Part shown: positions 49,301 to 58,157 of the stretch, piece after piece
Position numbering within the stretch: position 1 is the first letter of the stretch
Layout of the letters: each line of letters starts with the position of its first letter
Source: a virus
Direction: 5' to 3' (one strand)
IMG/VR virus record: IMGVR_UViG_2030936005_000025
Coordinates: 44,451-108,450 of that record
Length of the DNA stretch: 64,000 nt
Position numbers and translations under genes: made by a program
Notes under the pieces: model-generated
Seen by the model: the letters and a program-made list of their open reading frames with translations, nothing else
Databases searched by the model: none
What the model was told of the DNA's origin: nothing

Positions 49301-50040
49301 AAATCGTCACGGGTTCCGTCTAAAGTCTCTTCTAAGGTAGCTACAGAGACGTTAGCAACATTACCTAAACCGATCGCTGCTTTATTGACACCATGCGCAT
49401 CTTGTTTGTTGGCAATATGACGATCCAGCATCTTGGTTAAGATGTCTTTATACCCATCAATATAAACTGCAAGATGATCTTGGAAACTTTCCAGCATGAA
49501 GTCAGTGGCTGAACTTGTCAATGCCACATAACTCGCAATACGATTCAGTTCTCTGACCAAGTCAGTAAAACCGAAGATATCGTAAGCCAGATCGTGTTGA
49601 TGGATATCTGGAATATACCACAACGGTTTGTTGTCGATATTATCCCACATCACGAAACGGTCATCCTGATAGATACTCTGAAGCATGTTCAGAATCTCAT
49701 TGGTAATCGCGTTGAAGTTACCCACAACTTGATAATCCATTTTCCATTCAACAATGGAGTCTTTCAGGAGACGAACGAACAGACCCACAGGTTTACCGGT
49801 ATACTGAGTTAGCTTACCCATGATACCGTAGAACTCGTAATCTGTACCTTCCACCATAAGTTTACCAGAGGTGTCGTACATCTTAAATGACTTCTGGTAG
49901 AAAGGACCTTTTGGCGGAATAAAGATATGGTTGTTAACAACCTCGGTTCTGGATTTTGATTCTTGTAACACCAGGTTGTATTTCGAACTCCCGGTGAGAT
50001 CAAGCTTATATAAAGGAATATCTTCTTTGATCATTGTCAA
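46321..50040 (-). CDS. Tail fibre/baseplate-associated virion protein
   Basis: GPFY, IHQHD, DAHGVNKAAIGLGNVAN and PPTIAGSFEGLGG motifs. Confidence 0.7.
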   Translation of the reverse strand: MTMIKEDIPLYKLDLTGSSKYNLVLQESKSRTEVVNNHIFIPPKGPFYQKSFKMYDTSGKLMVEGTDYEFYGIMGKLTQYTGKPVGLFVRLLKDSIVEWKMDYQVVGNFNAITNEILNMLQSIYQDDRFVMWDNIDNKPLWYIPDIHQHDLAYDIFGFTDLVRELNRIASYVALTSSATDFMLESFQDHLAVYIDGYKDILTKMLDRHIANKQDAHGVNKAAIGLGNVANVSVATLEETLDGTRDDLRITVYNAAKAAEASSGRNDKLFPSGSLPILRYGSDTFIPPTIAGSFEGLGGSSRRGGAIIETDGTLLILNHRNNGKYRGLYFIRCRNWQAKDAVYDFTSYLYQHPTATAAGATLDSIINGSNKYVMVVGDSIKNLWWWCETKGTFNPDRHVLIPLSGEWVTQDIVGNINPADIYNNVDGANVIADANYADYWGIVQAYRAPEFAERRPSAFPEWKTLGYGAWNNYPLQRIAYSINIVAGKSGTIKRAHINFNHPLWGNANDSYFMPYAPKYENINGKRVCTSHFAVYDPPIDGCWAFRDPNAYWLGKGTLGEFAVRIEVANNNIGYNTVNFQGWSTWAGSFKITRNGADFTIDVTPAPGFDKIYTVDTTVGGQVSGKKEWDNYNRYVMNASTYYPSALDNTGSAALTGAYISFTQGFGNTAFPPAYAIVRARYLESAEKMLESPQSGPWDVVYDRLMFNETNPLGMGTLWANQRLVCADSDDYTKACIIGTQGIPGVGLRWYFRYTPFLDSNFQHVKPSQQSTFQGKSFQNYPFTPSGVLTDIGQWYMLGTHYPRAGVNAKDVFRRMLGCNSDTRIDGKAPTNPTDPNGVGKRRGDGIWPYDSQMKIVDNVPTIQVVTAYNVIPAIIRTLVPLLVAQGFTQEQVLETYQVHHYQAPNGTWHAVWTFLSPRMPDLYYAGIVTTVAPKGTAVTKDGYQYYADCEITVLSPVKITRKVNATNTNTITHTYYGATSGNAYANGIGIPYKAWDRGSTYDNTGYYGFMQGIAQHMYQGNSRPMQVHFEINAAGTEMTKLDFRDAAVWGPDNFMVVNPYNGVGAALPNAYIFEGAALASDIFDTTGNIYDKFAGNTYNGTSAIGMSNILTPQYTVYFQNANDVLIAGKMYDIPATYIDILTLDSSPANKKYYIYLQYSGGQGVYNITKDVRPESSSQALIGTVYCGPTQIDRIEPYNRFTMDGAQISAKREGSAILASSGSLFDIGDTSTILLDTDFIS

Positions 50041-50088
50041 AAGACCTTGTGATACTTAACTGGGATTGTCTCCCAGTTAAGATAATGG

Positions 50089-50850
50089 TTATTGCCATTC
50101 ACCAGTTTGATAACCACGGATCATTGCTTTCATGAAAGCAACATTAACCAGCAGGTTCTCAGCGTTACCCGACATGTCAGCAGGGTACTGTGCCATTGCC
50201 CAGTCTTCCAGGTTATTAACACCCAGCATTGAGAGAGTAGCTTTGTGGGCTTTCTGAAGATCATCTTTAAGATGCTGTTCAAAACGACTCATCCACGTTG
50301 CATCTGGGTTCTGAGTGATCGCGTCCATATAGGACTTCATCCAGACAATCAGGTCACCGTAGTTCATGGTGTCTGAAGCAGGATGTTGATGCGGGTCAGC
50401 AGGCCACGTCAACGGCAGATTAACGATGTTGTTCCAGTCAGTGGTACGTGGAGACGTCAACTGGTTAGCAACTGCTTCTGCATAGGCCAGATCGCTTAAT
50501 ACGAAGTCACCACCAATGGTGTCGTAAGAGATCAGGAAGTCAGCAGGTGAAGTCACCCCTTTAACCTGAATTGCACCCCAAGCTAAACGATTGTAGCGTT
50601 CGTTGAAAGCACCGAATGGATAAAGGAAAGAATAGTCGCCGGCTTCAAAGCTCAGTACACGACCTGAGTCTTTTAATTTGATGGTGAAGTCACGACTAAA
50701 GAATGGACCACAGCGTGGAACAATAATTCCTGCACCATTTGAATCAGCCTGTTGTTCTTCATCAGTGATGCGGTTAGCCGGGTTATCTTGGAAGGGATTC
50801 CAAGCATAGGTGATCTTACCGAGCACCTGGAGTTTTGCATCATTTGACAT
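50089..50850 (-). CDS. Short paralog of the fibre N-terminal (baseplate-attachment) domain
   Basis: GPFF, WPADPHQH and AHKATLSMLGVNNL match the N-termini of the three large neighbours. Confidence 0.65.
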   Translation of the reverse strand: MSNDAKLQVLGKITYAWNPFQDNPANRITDEEQQADSNGAGIIVPRCGPFFSRDFTIKLKDSGRVLSFEAGDYSFLYPFGAFNERYNRLAWGAIQVKGVTSPADFLISYDTIGGDFVLSDLAYAEAVANQLTSPRTTDWNNIVNLPLTWPADPHQHPASDTMNYGDLIVWMKSYMDAITQNPDATWMSRFEQHLKDDLQKAHKATLSMLGVNNLEDWAMAQYPADMSGNAENLLVNVAFMKAMIRGYQTGEWQ

Positions 50851-50885
50851 TAACTTTGTTCCTCTGAAAAAGGGTTTTTTAACGC

Positions 50886-52109
50886 ATGTACACTTATAAA
50901 TATTCGGTGGGGCGATATAAAAACTATAGACCGGGATACCACATCGTGGATATCAAGGACTACAGTGTAGCTGATCTAGAGAAACTGTTTGACATTCTTT
51001 ATATCGTCATCAACGATGGCTTTTATAAAGTTGACATGAGTATCTCTCTTGAAGACTATCGCTTTTCTTTCGCCGCCAATCCGACAATGGATATCGGAGA
51101 GTGGTTAACATCCCAAAATGGAAATAACCTTAAGTCAGCAGGGATCTTCCCAGGTGACACATACCAGTATGTAAAACTGGAAAGGATATTTACTTATGGG
51201 TATTTCCATTATCCAGCTGATTTAAATCTTGCAAATGATAGACAGGCCGACCTGTTTTCTGACATGGCTCCTGACGTTCGTATTGCCCACTACATGTATG
51301 ACAATGTGGACTATGGCAAGATCAATGATTACTCGCTGTTCACTGTGAACGGTGTCTTTATGAGAAGTGTTTCTCGAAGCGACGGTATCTTCTTAAAAGG
51401 TGCTGGACTCGATTACATTAAACACCGTAATGACCTTCGCATCGGTGCGCTCAACTTTGAGAAATTGGGTAAAGTAAAAACAGTTCCCATCACTGAAGAT
51501 ATTCTTTTAGAAGAAGAATTCGATGGTGGCAAACGTCTGTCATGTCAATTGGACGATATCGTTAACAAAACGATCTACATTGTCGTGAACGGTCAGTTGA
51601 TGGTCGATACCAATATCGTTTATCGTGTTGCTGAGAATCGTGTGGCGATTAACTTAGCCTCTTTTGATGTAGCACATCACTACCTCAATTATAAGGAGTA
51701 TACACGTACTCCGAAGTTAACTGTCCTCAGTAAGTTTGAAACTTATAAACGTCAGGCATTATTGGCGCACAACAGTTTCTTTGTTATTGTTGACAATCCA
51801 AGCTTAGGGATCGATGTTGTACCATTGACTACCTTCCACTATCCTAACGCCTTGCATACCAGCGATCGCTTCCAGCATCCAGTTGTGCTAGACAATGGGA
51901 TGTTCCCAACGCCGTATATACGGACGTATGGGATTAAACAACGTTTGTTAAACCACGACCTGCGAGTCTATAAAAAATATCCATTTATGACAGCGGGTGC
52001 TTTGGGGGGTAACGTCTTGTTAGACGATGCAATCAACCAAGGCGATCCAGGGTCATTATCAAAAGGATGGATGTTTAAGATTCACGGTGTCACATTGAAG
52101 GCTTCATAA
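50886..52109 (+). CDS. Probable virion structural protein
   Basis: 407 aa within the structural module; function inferred from context only. Confidence 0.5.
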   Translation: MYTYKYSVGRYKNYRPGYHIVDIKDYSVADLEKLFDILYIVINDGFYKVDMSISLEDYRFSFAANPTMDIGEWLTSQNGNNLKSAGIFPGDTYQYVKLERIFTYGYFHYPADLNLANDRQADLFSDMAPDVRIAHYMYDNVDYGKINDYSLFTVNGVFMRSVSRSDGIFLKGAGLDYIKHRNDLRIGALNFEKLGKVKTVPITEDILLEEEFDGGKRLSCQLDDIVNKTIYIVVNGQLMVDTNIVYRVAENRVAINLASFDVAHHYLNYKEYTRTPKLTVLSKFETYKRQALLAHNSFFVIVDNPSLGIDVVPLTTFHYPNALHTSDRFQHPVVLDNGMFPTPYIRTYGIKQRLLNHDLRVYKKYPFMTAGALGGNVLLDDAINQGDPGSLSKGWMFKIHGVTLKAS

Positions 52110-52564
52110 TGGAAAGTAAATTAAAAGCACTGAATACAATAGCACTCTGGTTAATTGTGTTTTTTGTAGGTGGTTATCTTATTTTCAAACCAAGCAGTAA
52201 TCTCGATAAAGAAACCGTAACGCGTTTGACTGCGGTTGTTGACAAACTGGGTGTTGCGTCAGAGAACATGACCAAGCTTGCTGACTCTCAGCGAGATTGG
52301 TTTAATAATCTACAACAGCAAGCGTCCCAAGGTGAAGTACTTCGTAATAACAATTATGGGACTCTCTATGAAAAGTATGGTTACAAAAATGCAGCGGATA
52401 CTCTTGGGAATGGGTCTCCTTCTCTTGATGACCTTTACCATCAGCGGGTGCTCGAGCAAACCGACGATCTCAACGGCCAACACTTACGTGGAGTCGAAAA
52501 CCCAGATCGAAAAGATGGAGCTGTACAAAAGCCAAATAGCAAACCTAAAGAACAGTCTCATTAG
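52109..52564 (+). CDS. Putative i-spanin (Rz-like)
   Basis: Single N-terminal TM (IALWLIVFFVGGYLIF) followed by a helical region; overlaps a lipoprotein gene in another frame. Confidence 0.6.
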   Translation: MESKLKALNTIALWLIVFFVGGYLIFKPSSNLDKETVTRLTAVVDKLGVASENMTKLADSQRDWFNNLQQQASQGEVLRNNNYGTLYEKYGYKNAADTLGNGSPSLDDLYHQRVLEQTDDLNGQHLRGVENPDRKDGAVQKPNSKPKEQSH

Positions 52565-52898
52565 CATTCCGTCTAACGTTTATACGAAAGACTGGAAGGT
52601 AAGAGAGTCAAACGTTGGGAAGTTGGATTACTATCTTTCTAACAACGACTGTCAAGCACAGGCTGACTTCAAGGGATGTTATCGTGAAACCCGTCTTGTC
52701 CTGATTACCACGACAAAAGAACTTGATGCTGCGAATGAACAGATCAACCTTTTGAATCAGGTTGTTGATCGATTATCAGGGAATGTTGAAGCTGTCATTG
52801 ATAACCTTGATGACGCTAAAGCAGAACAAATAAACCTTAAAGATAAGGTGGTTGCCAAAGTAACGGATAACGCCAAGGCACTGCTCGATAAAAAATAA
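52389..52898 (+). CDS. Putative o-spanin (Rz1-like lipoprotein)
   Basis: MQRILLGMGLLLLMTFTISG-C-SS lipoprotein signal; starts inside the upstream gene; coiled-coil C-terminus. Confidence 0.65.
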   Translation: MQRILLGMGLLLLMTFTISGCSSKPTISTANTYVESKTQIEKMELYKSQIANLKNSLISIPSNVYTKDWKVRESNVGKLDYYLSNNDCQAQADFKGCYRETRLVLITTTKELDAANEQINLLNQVVDRLSGNVEAVIDNLDDAKAEQINLKDKVVAKVTDNAKALLDKK

Positions 52899-52911
52899 AA
52901 CAAGCATACTA

Positions 52912-52940
52912 CTCTACTCTCCCGTAATGGGAGAGTAGAG
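52912..52940. terminator. Bidirectional terminator
   Basis: ctctactctccc-gtaat-gggagagtagag between convergent genes. Confidence 0.75.
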
Positions 52941-52945
52941 GTATG

Positions 52946-53620
52946 TTAACTTTTTGTTGAAAGCATACTTGCCAGTCGATCACGCCAAACATTGATAGCA
53001 CTCGTTCCTTTAATAACGGCGTTCAGTGTAGCGTTAGCACGTACGAAGTTCCAAGACGTGATGATAGGTCCGATTACGATCATGAACAGTTGTCCATCAC
53101 CAGGAAGCGGGTGTCCACCAATCATTGAGTCATGGATAGTCCATGTAAACAACAAGCTACAGAAACAGATAACATGAGTAGAGATCGTTCCTGCAATTGC
53201 ACGAAGCAATACAGTAGTCGGTCCAACTATTTCACGCTCAAAAGCAATATCGTGTTGTGAGACAATACCGGGAGCAGGAGCCACCACTACAGAAGGTTGT
53301 GCAGGTAATACGGCACCATCTCCAGCAGGTCGTCCTTCCACTTCATCGGTCACACCAACGATCGTTGATATAATAGATTTTGCATTAACAAAGTTGATCG
53401 TGATAATGATAGGACCAATGATCATTAACAACCCGGTCATAAACTCTGGCCAGGAAGCTTTACCGGTTGTCACACTTAAGTGAACAGACCAGATAAAGAC
53501 CACACTCATCACGGACACTGTTAAGCACGAATTAAACCCGGAGATCGCCCGGAGTACAACCGGAATACGATCCCAAGGTTTAACTTCGTATTTGGTTCTA
53601 ACTTTTAAGGCTGGTGCCAT
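52946..53620 (-). CDS. Four-TM membrane protein with internal duplication (holin candidate)
   Basis: Two copies of V.LRAI.G...F.W..H.S...G...P...L.MI.GPII...NFV.A; adjacent to the spanin pair. Confidence 0.5.
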   Translation of the reverse strand: MAPALKVRTKYEVKPWDRIPVVLRAISGFNSCLTVSVMSVVFIWSVHLSVTTGKASWPEFMTGLLMIIGPIIITINFVNAKSIISTIVGVTDEVEGRPAGDGAVLPAQPSVVVAPAPGIVSQHDIAFEREIVGPTTVLLRAIAGTISTHVICFCSLLFTWTIHDSMIGGHPLPGDGQLFMIVIGPIITSWNFVRANATLNAVIKGTSAINVWRDRLASMLSTKS

Positions 53621-54173
53621 CGAACACATCCCAACCTAAGTCTTTGTAATACTGCACTGCAATGTACAACGCAATGAGGATTCCGTCGCATGCATCCCAG
53701 GTCAACTTATCCAGATCAAAACCATTGAGATCCAGGAAAGGACATTTCTTTAATCCTTCCCGTACATCGTCTTTGGTGGATCCGGTAAAATCCGCATCTA
53801 CAATCTTTTTGGCTAAACGCGGCAATACTAATTTGAAAGGGGTATCTGCTTTATTCGTCACCGTATAGATGTTCAAATAAGAGACCACTTCGATGAGTCG
53901 CTTAAAACTCGCTGGGTTAGGTCCTAAGAAGTTATCTTCGCAACCCACTACATCTGGGTCGATCATATCAAACACATGCCCATATGCCCTTGTGAGACCT
54001 TTGGCACGCACTTGAGCCTGACTATCAGCGCGAACCCCAAACTCATTGTATTCACCGTTTAAGGTATCCACATAAATCAGTTTGAATTTCTTACGCTCAT
54101 AACAGTCTAATTCTAAAGCCCCTGCGCCCAGCTGACCTGTCGCTGGATCTATCCCTAAAATTTTAACACTCAT
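53598..54173 (-). CDS. ruvC: RuvC-like Holliday junction resolvase
   Basis: ILGIDP, CED, KDDV and DACDGI acidic catalytic motifs. Confidence 0.82.
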   Translation of the reverse strand: MSVKILGIDPATGQLGAGALELDCYERKKFKLIYVDTLNGEYNEFGVRADSQAQVRAKGLTRAYGHVFDMIDPDVVGCEDNFLGPNPASFKRLIEVVSYLNIYTVTNKADTPFKLVLPRLAKKIVDADFTGSTKDDVREGLKKCPFLDLNGFDLDKLTWDACDGILIALYIAVQYYKDLGWDVFDGTSLKS

Positions 54174-54177
54174 AGTC

Positions 54178-54801
54178 TTATCTCACAACAAGTGCATGGA
54201 GACGAGATTCTCCATACATCATTAACTCCACCACAGCTAAACATTTAGCCTGGGTATTGAAGTTATAAACGCCCGGAGCATCCGCACCTTTACCGAAGTA
54301 TCTGAGTACGAAATACGCCGTCGTGCATCCCTGACTTGGATTCGAGGTAAAACCATCACCGATAGTGTAGTTGTTTAACAAGGTCATCAATTTGTATGCC
54401 TTGTCACCACCTACCAGACCTGAGTCATAACGTACGTCTAAACGCACATCTTTTAAGAACTCAAGTTCTTTTTCGCTATTTATTACAATCCCAAAATTCT
54501 TGATGACTTCATCAAAAATAAATGCCTTGGGATGATCAACAGTTTCATTGATCGAAGAAACCACTTTACCGCTTTGTGAATCAATGACGGCCCAAGCTAA
54601 TTCCCCTGTGTTCACATCGACAATGTCGAGTGCCAGCAATCCATCGCTGTTTGTAAATGCTAAACGATCCTCATAACGATTGGGATCGAGTGCCAACCCG
54701 TATTTATCGTTAATGCTGGCGATAATTGCCTTAACGGTTGACCATTTACTCAGAGTAATATCCAAAGGGGATTCAGGTTGGGACTTATCAACATCGGCCA
54801 T
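54178..54801 (-). CDS. Hypothetical protein
   Basis: 207 aa. Confidence 0.6.
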   Translation of the reverse strand: MADVDKSQPESPLDITLSKWSTVKAIIASINDKYGLALDPNRYEDRLAFTNSDGLLALDIVDVNTGELAWAVIDSQSGKVVSSINETVDHPKAFIFDEVIKNFGIVINSEKELEFLKDVRLDVRYDSGLVGGDKAYKLMTLLNNYTIGDGFTSNPSQGCTTAYFVLRYFGKGADAPGVYNFNTQAKCLAVVELMMYGESRLHALVVR

Positions 54802-54818
54802 AATAAGTCCCTTCCTTA

Positions 54819-55751
54819 TTAGCTACCGGTATTAGCTGCAGCGATAGCGTCAGCACCAACCAGAAGCGGAATCGAGTTACCGTACCAGAAGAACCATGGC
54901 ATCTTGTTATTTGCGTTAGCATCGCGTGCATATGCTTCAGTGATCTGATAAGCCACTGTACAAGAAGAAAGTTCTTTGTAGTCTACTGATGCGCCGCTAT
55001 CAACCTGACCATCGTTGGTCGTTTCGATACCGTAGCACATGTAAACTTCGTTGATCGCTGCTTTACCTTCGTCGTTAAACAGAATACGACAGACGTTACG
55101 CAGTTCTTCCAGATCGTTGCTGTCCAGAGACAAATCGATCTTACCAGTACCGTTGATATAGGTATTGGTGATTGGTACGTTGTTGCTTGAGCTAAGCTGA
55201 TACGGCACTGGACTCAAATCGACTTCACGTGGTACATATTCACGTTCGGTTTCATTACCAGTAGCTGGATCGCGTTCACCCACCTTCATGGTTGGATCAA
55301 ACTCAGTGAAGCCAGCCAGTTTCAGCCAGTACAGAATGTAGATGTCATCACCGATCTTACGGACTTCGCGAATACGATAGTTATCGCGAACAGTAGGATC
55401 CAGATCATTACCCAACTTACGAGCAACCATCGGGATACCATAAAACGGAGCAAAGTCAACTGCTTTGTGTTGGTAGACCTGACGGCCTTCAAGACCAAAG
55501 CTATCTTGACCAATAGCGCGTGAACCACCGATGCCCACACCAAAGTAACCCAGTTGGAAATCACGACCTTTCTTACGGCCCAGTGATTCATCTGCCAGAA
55601 TGTTGAACTTCTCATTCAGCGTGGTGTTCTTTAGAATGTTAACGGTTTGGTTGCAAGATAATGCCGCATTGATAATCAGACCCATACCGGTTGCAGATAC
55701 CAACTGGTTAGGTAACTTCTGGCTATCACGACCTGAGGAATCAGCCATCAT
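54819..55751 (-). CDS. Probable virion structural protein
   Basis: Likely start MMADSS at 55751 (SD aaagga); structural context. Confidence 0.55.
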   Translation of the reverse strand: MMADSSGRDSQKLPNQLVSATGMGLIINAALSCNQTVNILKNTTLNEKFNILADESLGRKKGRDFQLGYFGVGIGGSRAIGQDSFGLEGRQVYQHKAVDFAPFYGIPMVARKLGNDLDPTVRDNYRIREVRKIGDDIYILYWLKLAGFTEFDPTMKVGERDPATGNETEREYVPREVDLSPVPYQLSSSNNVPITNTYINGTGKIDLSLDSNDLEELRNVCRILFNDEGKAAINEVYMCYGIETTNDGQVDSGASVDYKELSSCTVAYQITEAYARDANANNKMPWFFWYGNSIPLLVGADAIAAANTGS

Positions 55752-55758
55752 ATTTCCT

Positions 55759-56016
55759 TTAATTAATGTACTTACGATATTTAATTTTAAATTGACCGCA
55801 GTAAATCGGGCAGTCTGGACAGATACAAATAAGGTATCCGCCAGGAACTGATTTAATCGATTCAATATCAGTGGAATAGAGTTCGGTTCCTATAAAAGAA
55901 CGAACAAGTCTCACAACATCCGAAGGGGTAATTTCCTCTATAGATGTCTTGAGACTGTGTTTCGTAATATAGGCCAAATTCTTTTTAGTGGGGGAGGGTG
56001 TTCTCCACTTCGCCAT
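55759..56016 (-). CDS. Small hypothetical protein (C-x-C-x2-C)
   Basis: Fills the operon gap; likely start MAKW. Confidence 0.5.
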   Translation of the reverse strand: MAKWRTPSPTKKNLAYITKHSLKTSIEEITPSDVVRLVRSFIGTELYSTDIESIKSVPGGYLICICPDCPIYCGQFKIKYRKYIN

Positions 56017-58129
56017 TATCGACAACTTCTTTTAATGTCATACTGTTATTGAGATAAACGTTGTTGACACCAGGTTCATAGTCAATAGGCTTAAGGGTCA
56101 TCGCGTTACTCAGTCTTGCATGGCCGATGGATTCAGCCACAAACTGGAACGGTACATCACCACCCACAGCAAAGGTTAGCTCTCGTGCTTCAAGATCAGC
56201 CTGTGGCTTCACGGTCATCGCATTAGAGAGGAACTCAGCGCTGGTATACTCCAACCCAGTCTCGCCATTTTTGTGCCAATAATCCCCATCCATCAACATC
56301 ATGTATGGAAGGTTAAATTGACCCTCAGCCGTTACAGTACTTCCGATGTATTGAACAGTATAACTGGTGAGATCTTTCATCAGGTTGATCAGGAGACGTT
56401 GTTGTTCCCCCACACTGACAATGCTGTTATCTTCCCAGCCGGTGACTTTACTCCAGATTGACCATGCATAATCCAGACATTCATCTGGTGTGTAGTCAAG
56501 GAAATCAATATCCATCTTGGTCAGGAATTCATCGTACGTCGTGTAGTTGCCAATCTTAGCAAGACCATCGGCATAACACGCACTAACTGCGTTCTGACGA
56601 CGTGAACTGATGAAGAGGTTATTCACCTGCGAATATAACTTCTTGTGTTTCCACATCGCAGTTTGAACTTCCTGACATTTCTGGAAGAAGGTATCTGGAG
56701 AAATTAATGTAGGGAAATCCACATGCACTTTCAGAATGTTTTCACACACTTCTTTGGTGAGGATTTCATAACCACCCAATGTCTGGAGTTCTGCAAGGGT
56801 TGGATCAACCAACTTACGAACATGCCAGTAATTGTATTCAGGGATATTTCCTGGACGAGTAATACCTCGTGCACGATCAATGAGATAATGCCAGAGGATA
56901 ACACTCTCTGTGGTAGTCATACGTGTTGCCTTCCCAGTACGGGAGTCAACCACGTCTACATTAATATTGTACAGTCCTTCAGAAGTTAAATAAATCCATT
57001 CGTTATGCAGAACACGCATAATACGATCAGGATCTCGGTTCGTGGTATCAGTAAGATTCGATTCCAATACCTTGGTCGGTACATCTGAATGAAGGGAGTA
57101 CTTGATCGCAGATTCTGCATCAACGGTTGTTAGAGCTGCAGCTTGTTCGTTATCCAATGCCAAAGGAAGTTCTTTAGCGATCAATTCAGGAACAGTCCAG
57201 AGCTTGGTATCCACGCCATACGTTTCGGTCAAGTTAATAGGACGACTTAACACATACGGCGCAGGTTCCAGGTTTTCCGTCATGTCTTCGGTTGACTGGA
57301 TAACTTCATAACGAATCAGTGGAATGTTGCGATCGGTCAATACCTTTTTAAGTACCAGATCAAAAGCTTTCCGACGCCCCAGAATACGAAGTACGTATTC
57401 AAGATTGTGATAAAGCCACATTGTCTGATCTCGGTTAATGACATTCTTATAAACGTCAGAAAGACCGAGCGAACGCAACCGGCTCCAGATGTAGAATTCG
57501 TGCGCATAGCGAGTTCCGTCAGCTTCTTTACGAATCATCAGAATAGCACTAACCAACATCCCGTATAACTGAGCAAGTAAAGCTGGCAACATAAGGTTGT
57601 CAGTATAAACATACTCTGTCTTAAATGATCCGTTCACATTGGCATTGATCTGATCTTGCAAATAAGGAATCAATTGATATTCATTCCACAATACGTAGTC
57701 AGTATTATATCGCAGGATTTGGTAATCATTTGCCGAGACTGATTCACTAGGCGGTATAGGGTTTAGAATGCCATTGATTAAAATCGATTGGCCGGGGTAT
57801 TCACTCACAAGTCTTGTGTAGTAATAACTCCCTAAACGGTAAGCGCGTTTGGTTGCAGTATGAATGGCCAGGTTAGCTTTAGTGAAATCAATTGTCTCAC
57901 CATTATCCAACGACTGAACAGTCATCATCTGATCCATGACTTGATGGTATTCGCCATTCAAGTTTAGATAATACTTCCATTTGCTTTTATCAGTACCCGC
58001 ATCAATGTTGTAGTACTGTTTAAGCTGCTGATTATCTAATATGGCGAGTGCTTCACACTTTATGATTATCGTTCGAGCGAACGCTATCGTATTCAGTATG
58101 TAAGCTTTAAACTCGGTATTATTAAGCAT
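55985..58129 (-). CDS. Probable virion (baseplate-related) structural protein
   Basis: WKYYLNLNGEYH...M.V.SLD..E.I.FTK motif recalled from phiKZ-group structural proteins; likely start MLNNTE at 58129. Confidence 0.55.
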   Translation of the reverse strand: MLNNTEFKAYILNTIAFARTIIIKCEALAILDNQQLKQYYNIDAGTDKSKWKYYLNLNGEYHQVMDQMMTVQSLDNGETIDFTKANLAIHTATKRAYRLGSYYYTRLVSEYPGQSILINGILNPIPPSESVSANDYQILRYNTDYVLWNEYQLIPYLQDQINANVNGSFKTEYVYTDNLMLPALLAQLYGMLVSAILMIRKEADGTRYAHEFYIWSRLRSLGLSDVYKNVINRDQTMWLYHNLEYVLRILGRRKAFDLVLKKVLTDRNIPLIRYEVIQSTEDMTENLEPAPYVLSRPINLTETYGVDTKLWTVPELIAKELPLALDNEQAAALTTVDAESAIKYSLHSDVPTKVLESNLTDTTNRDPDRIMRVLHNEWIYLTSEGLYNINVDVVDSRTGKATRMTTTESVILWHYLIDRARGITRPGNIPEYNYWHVRKLVDPTLAELQTLGGYEILTKEVCENILKVHVDFPTLISPDTFFQKCQEVQTAMWKHKKLYSQVNNLFISSRRQNAVSACYADGLAKIGNYTTYDEFLTKMDIDFLDYTPDECLDYAWSIWSKVTGWEDNSIVSVGEQQRLLINLMKDLTSYTVQYIGSTVTAEGQFNLPYMMLMDGDYWHKNGETGLEYTSAEFLSNAMTVKPQADLEARELTFAVGGDVPFQFVAESIGHARLSNAMTLKPIDYEPGVNNVYLNNSMTLKEVVDNGEVENTLPH

Positions 58130-58157
58130 AAAGGTTCCTGTAAGGAGAATCCTGTCA

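Noticed and set aside
37351..50040. Diversity-generating retroelement or invertible cassette acting on the fibre genes
   Set aside because: No reverse transcriptase or recombinase in the window, and I saw no near-identical nucleotide repeat pairs; similarity is at protein level only.
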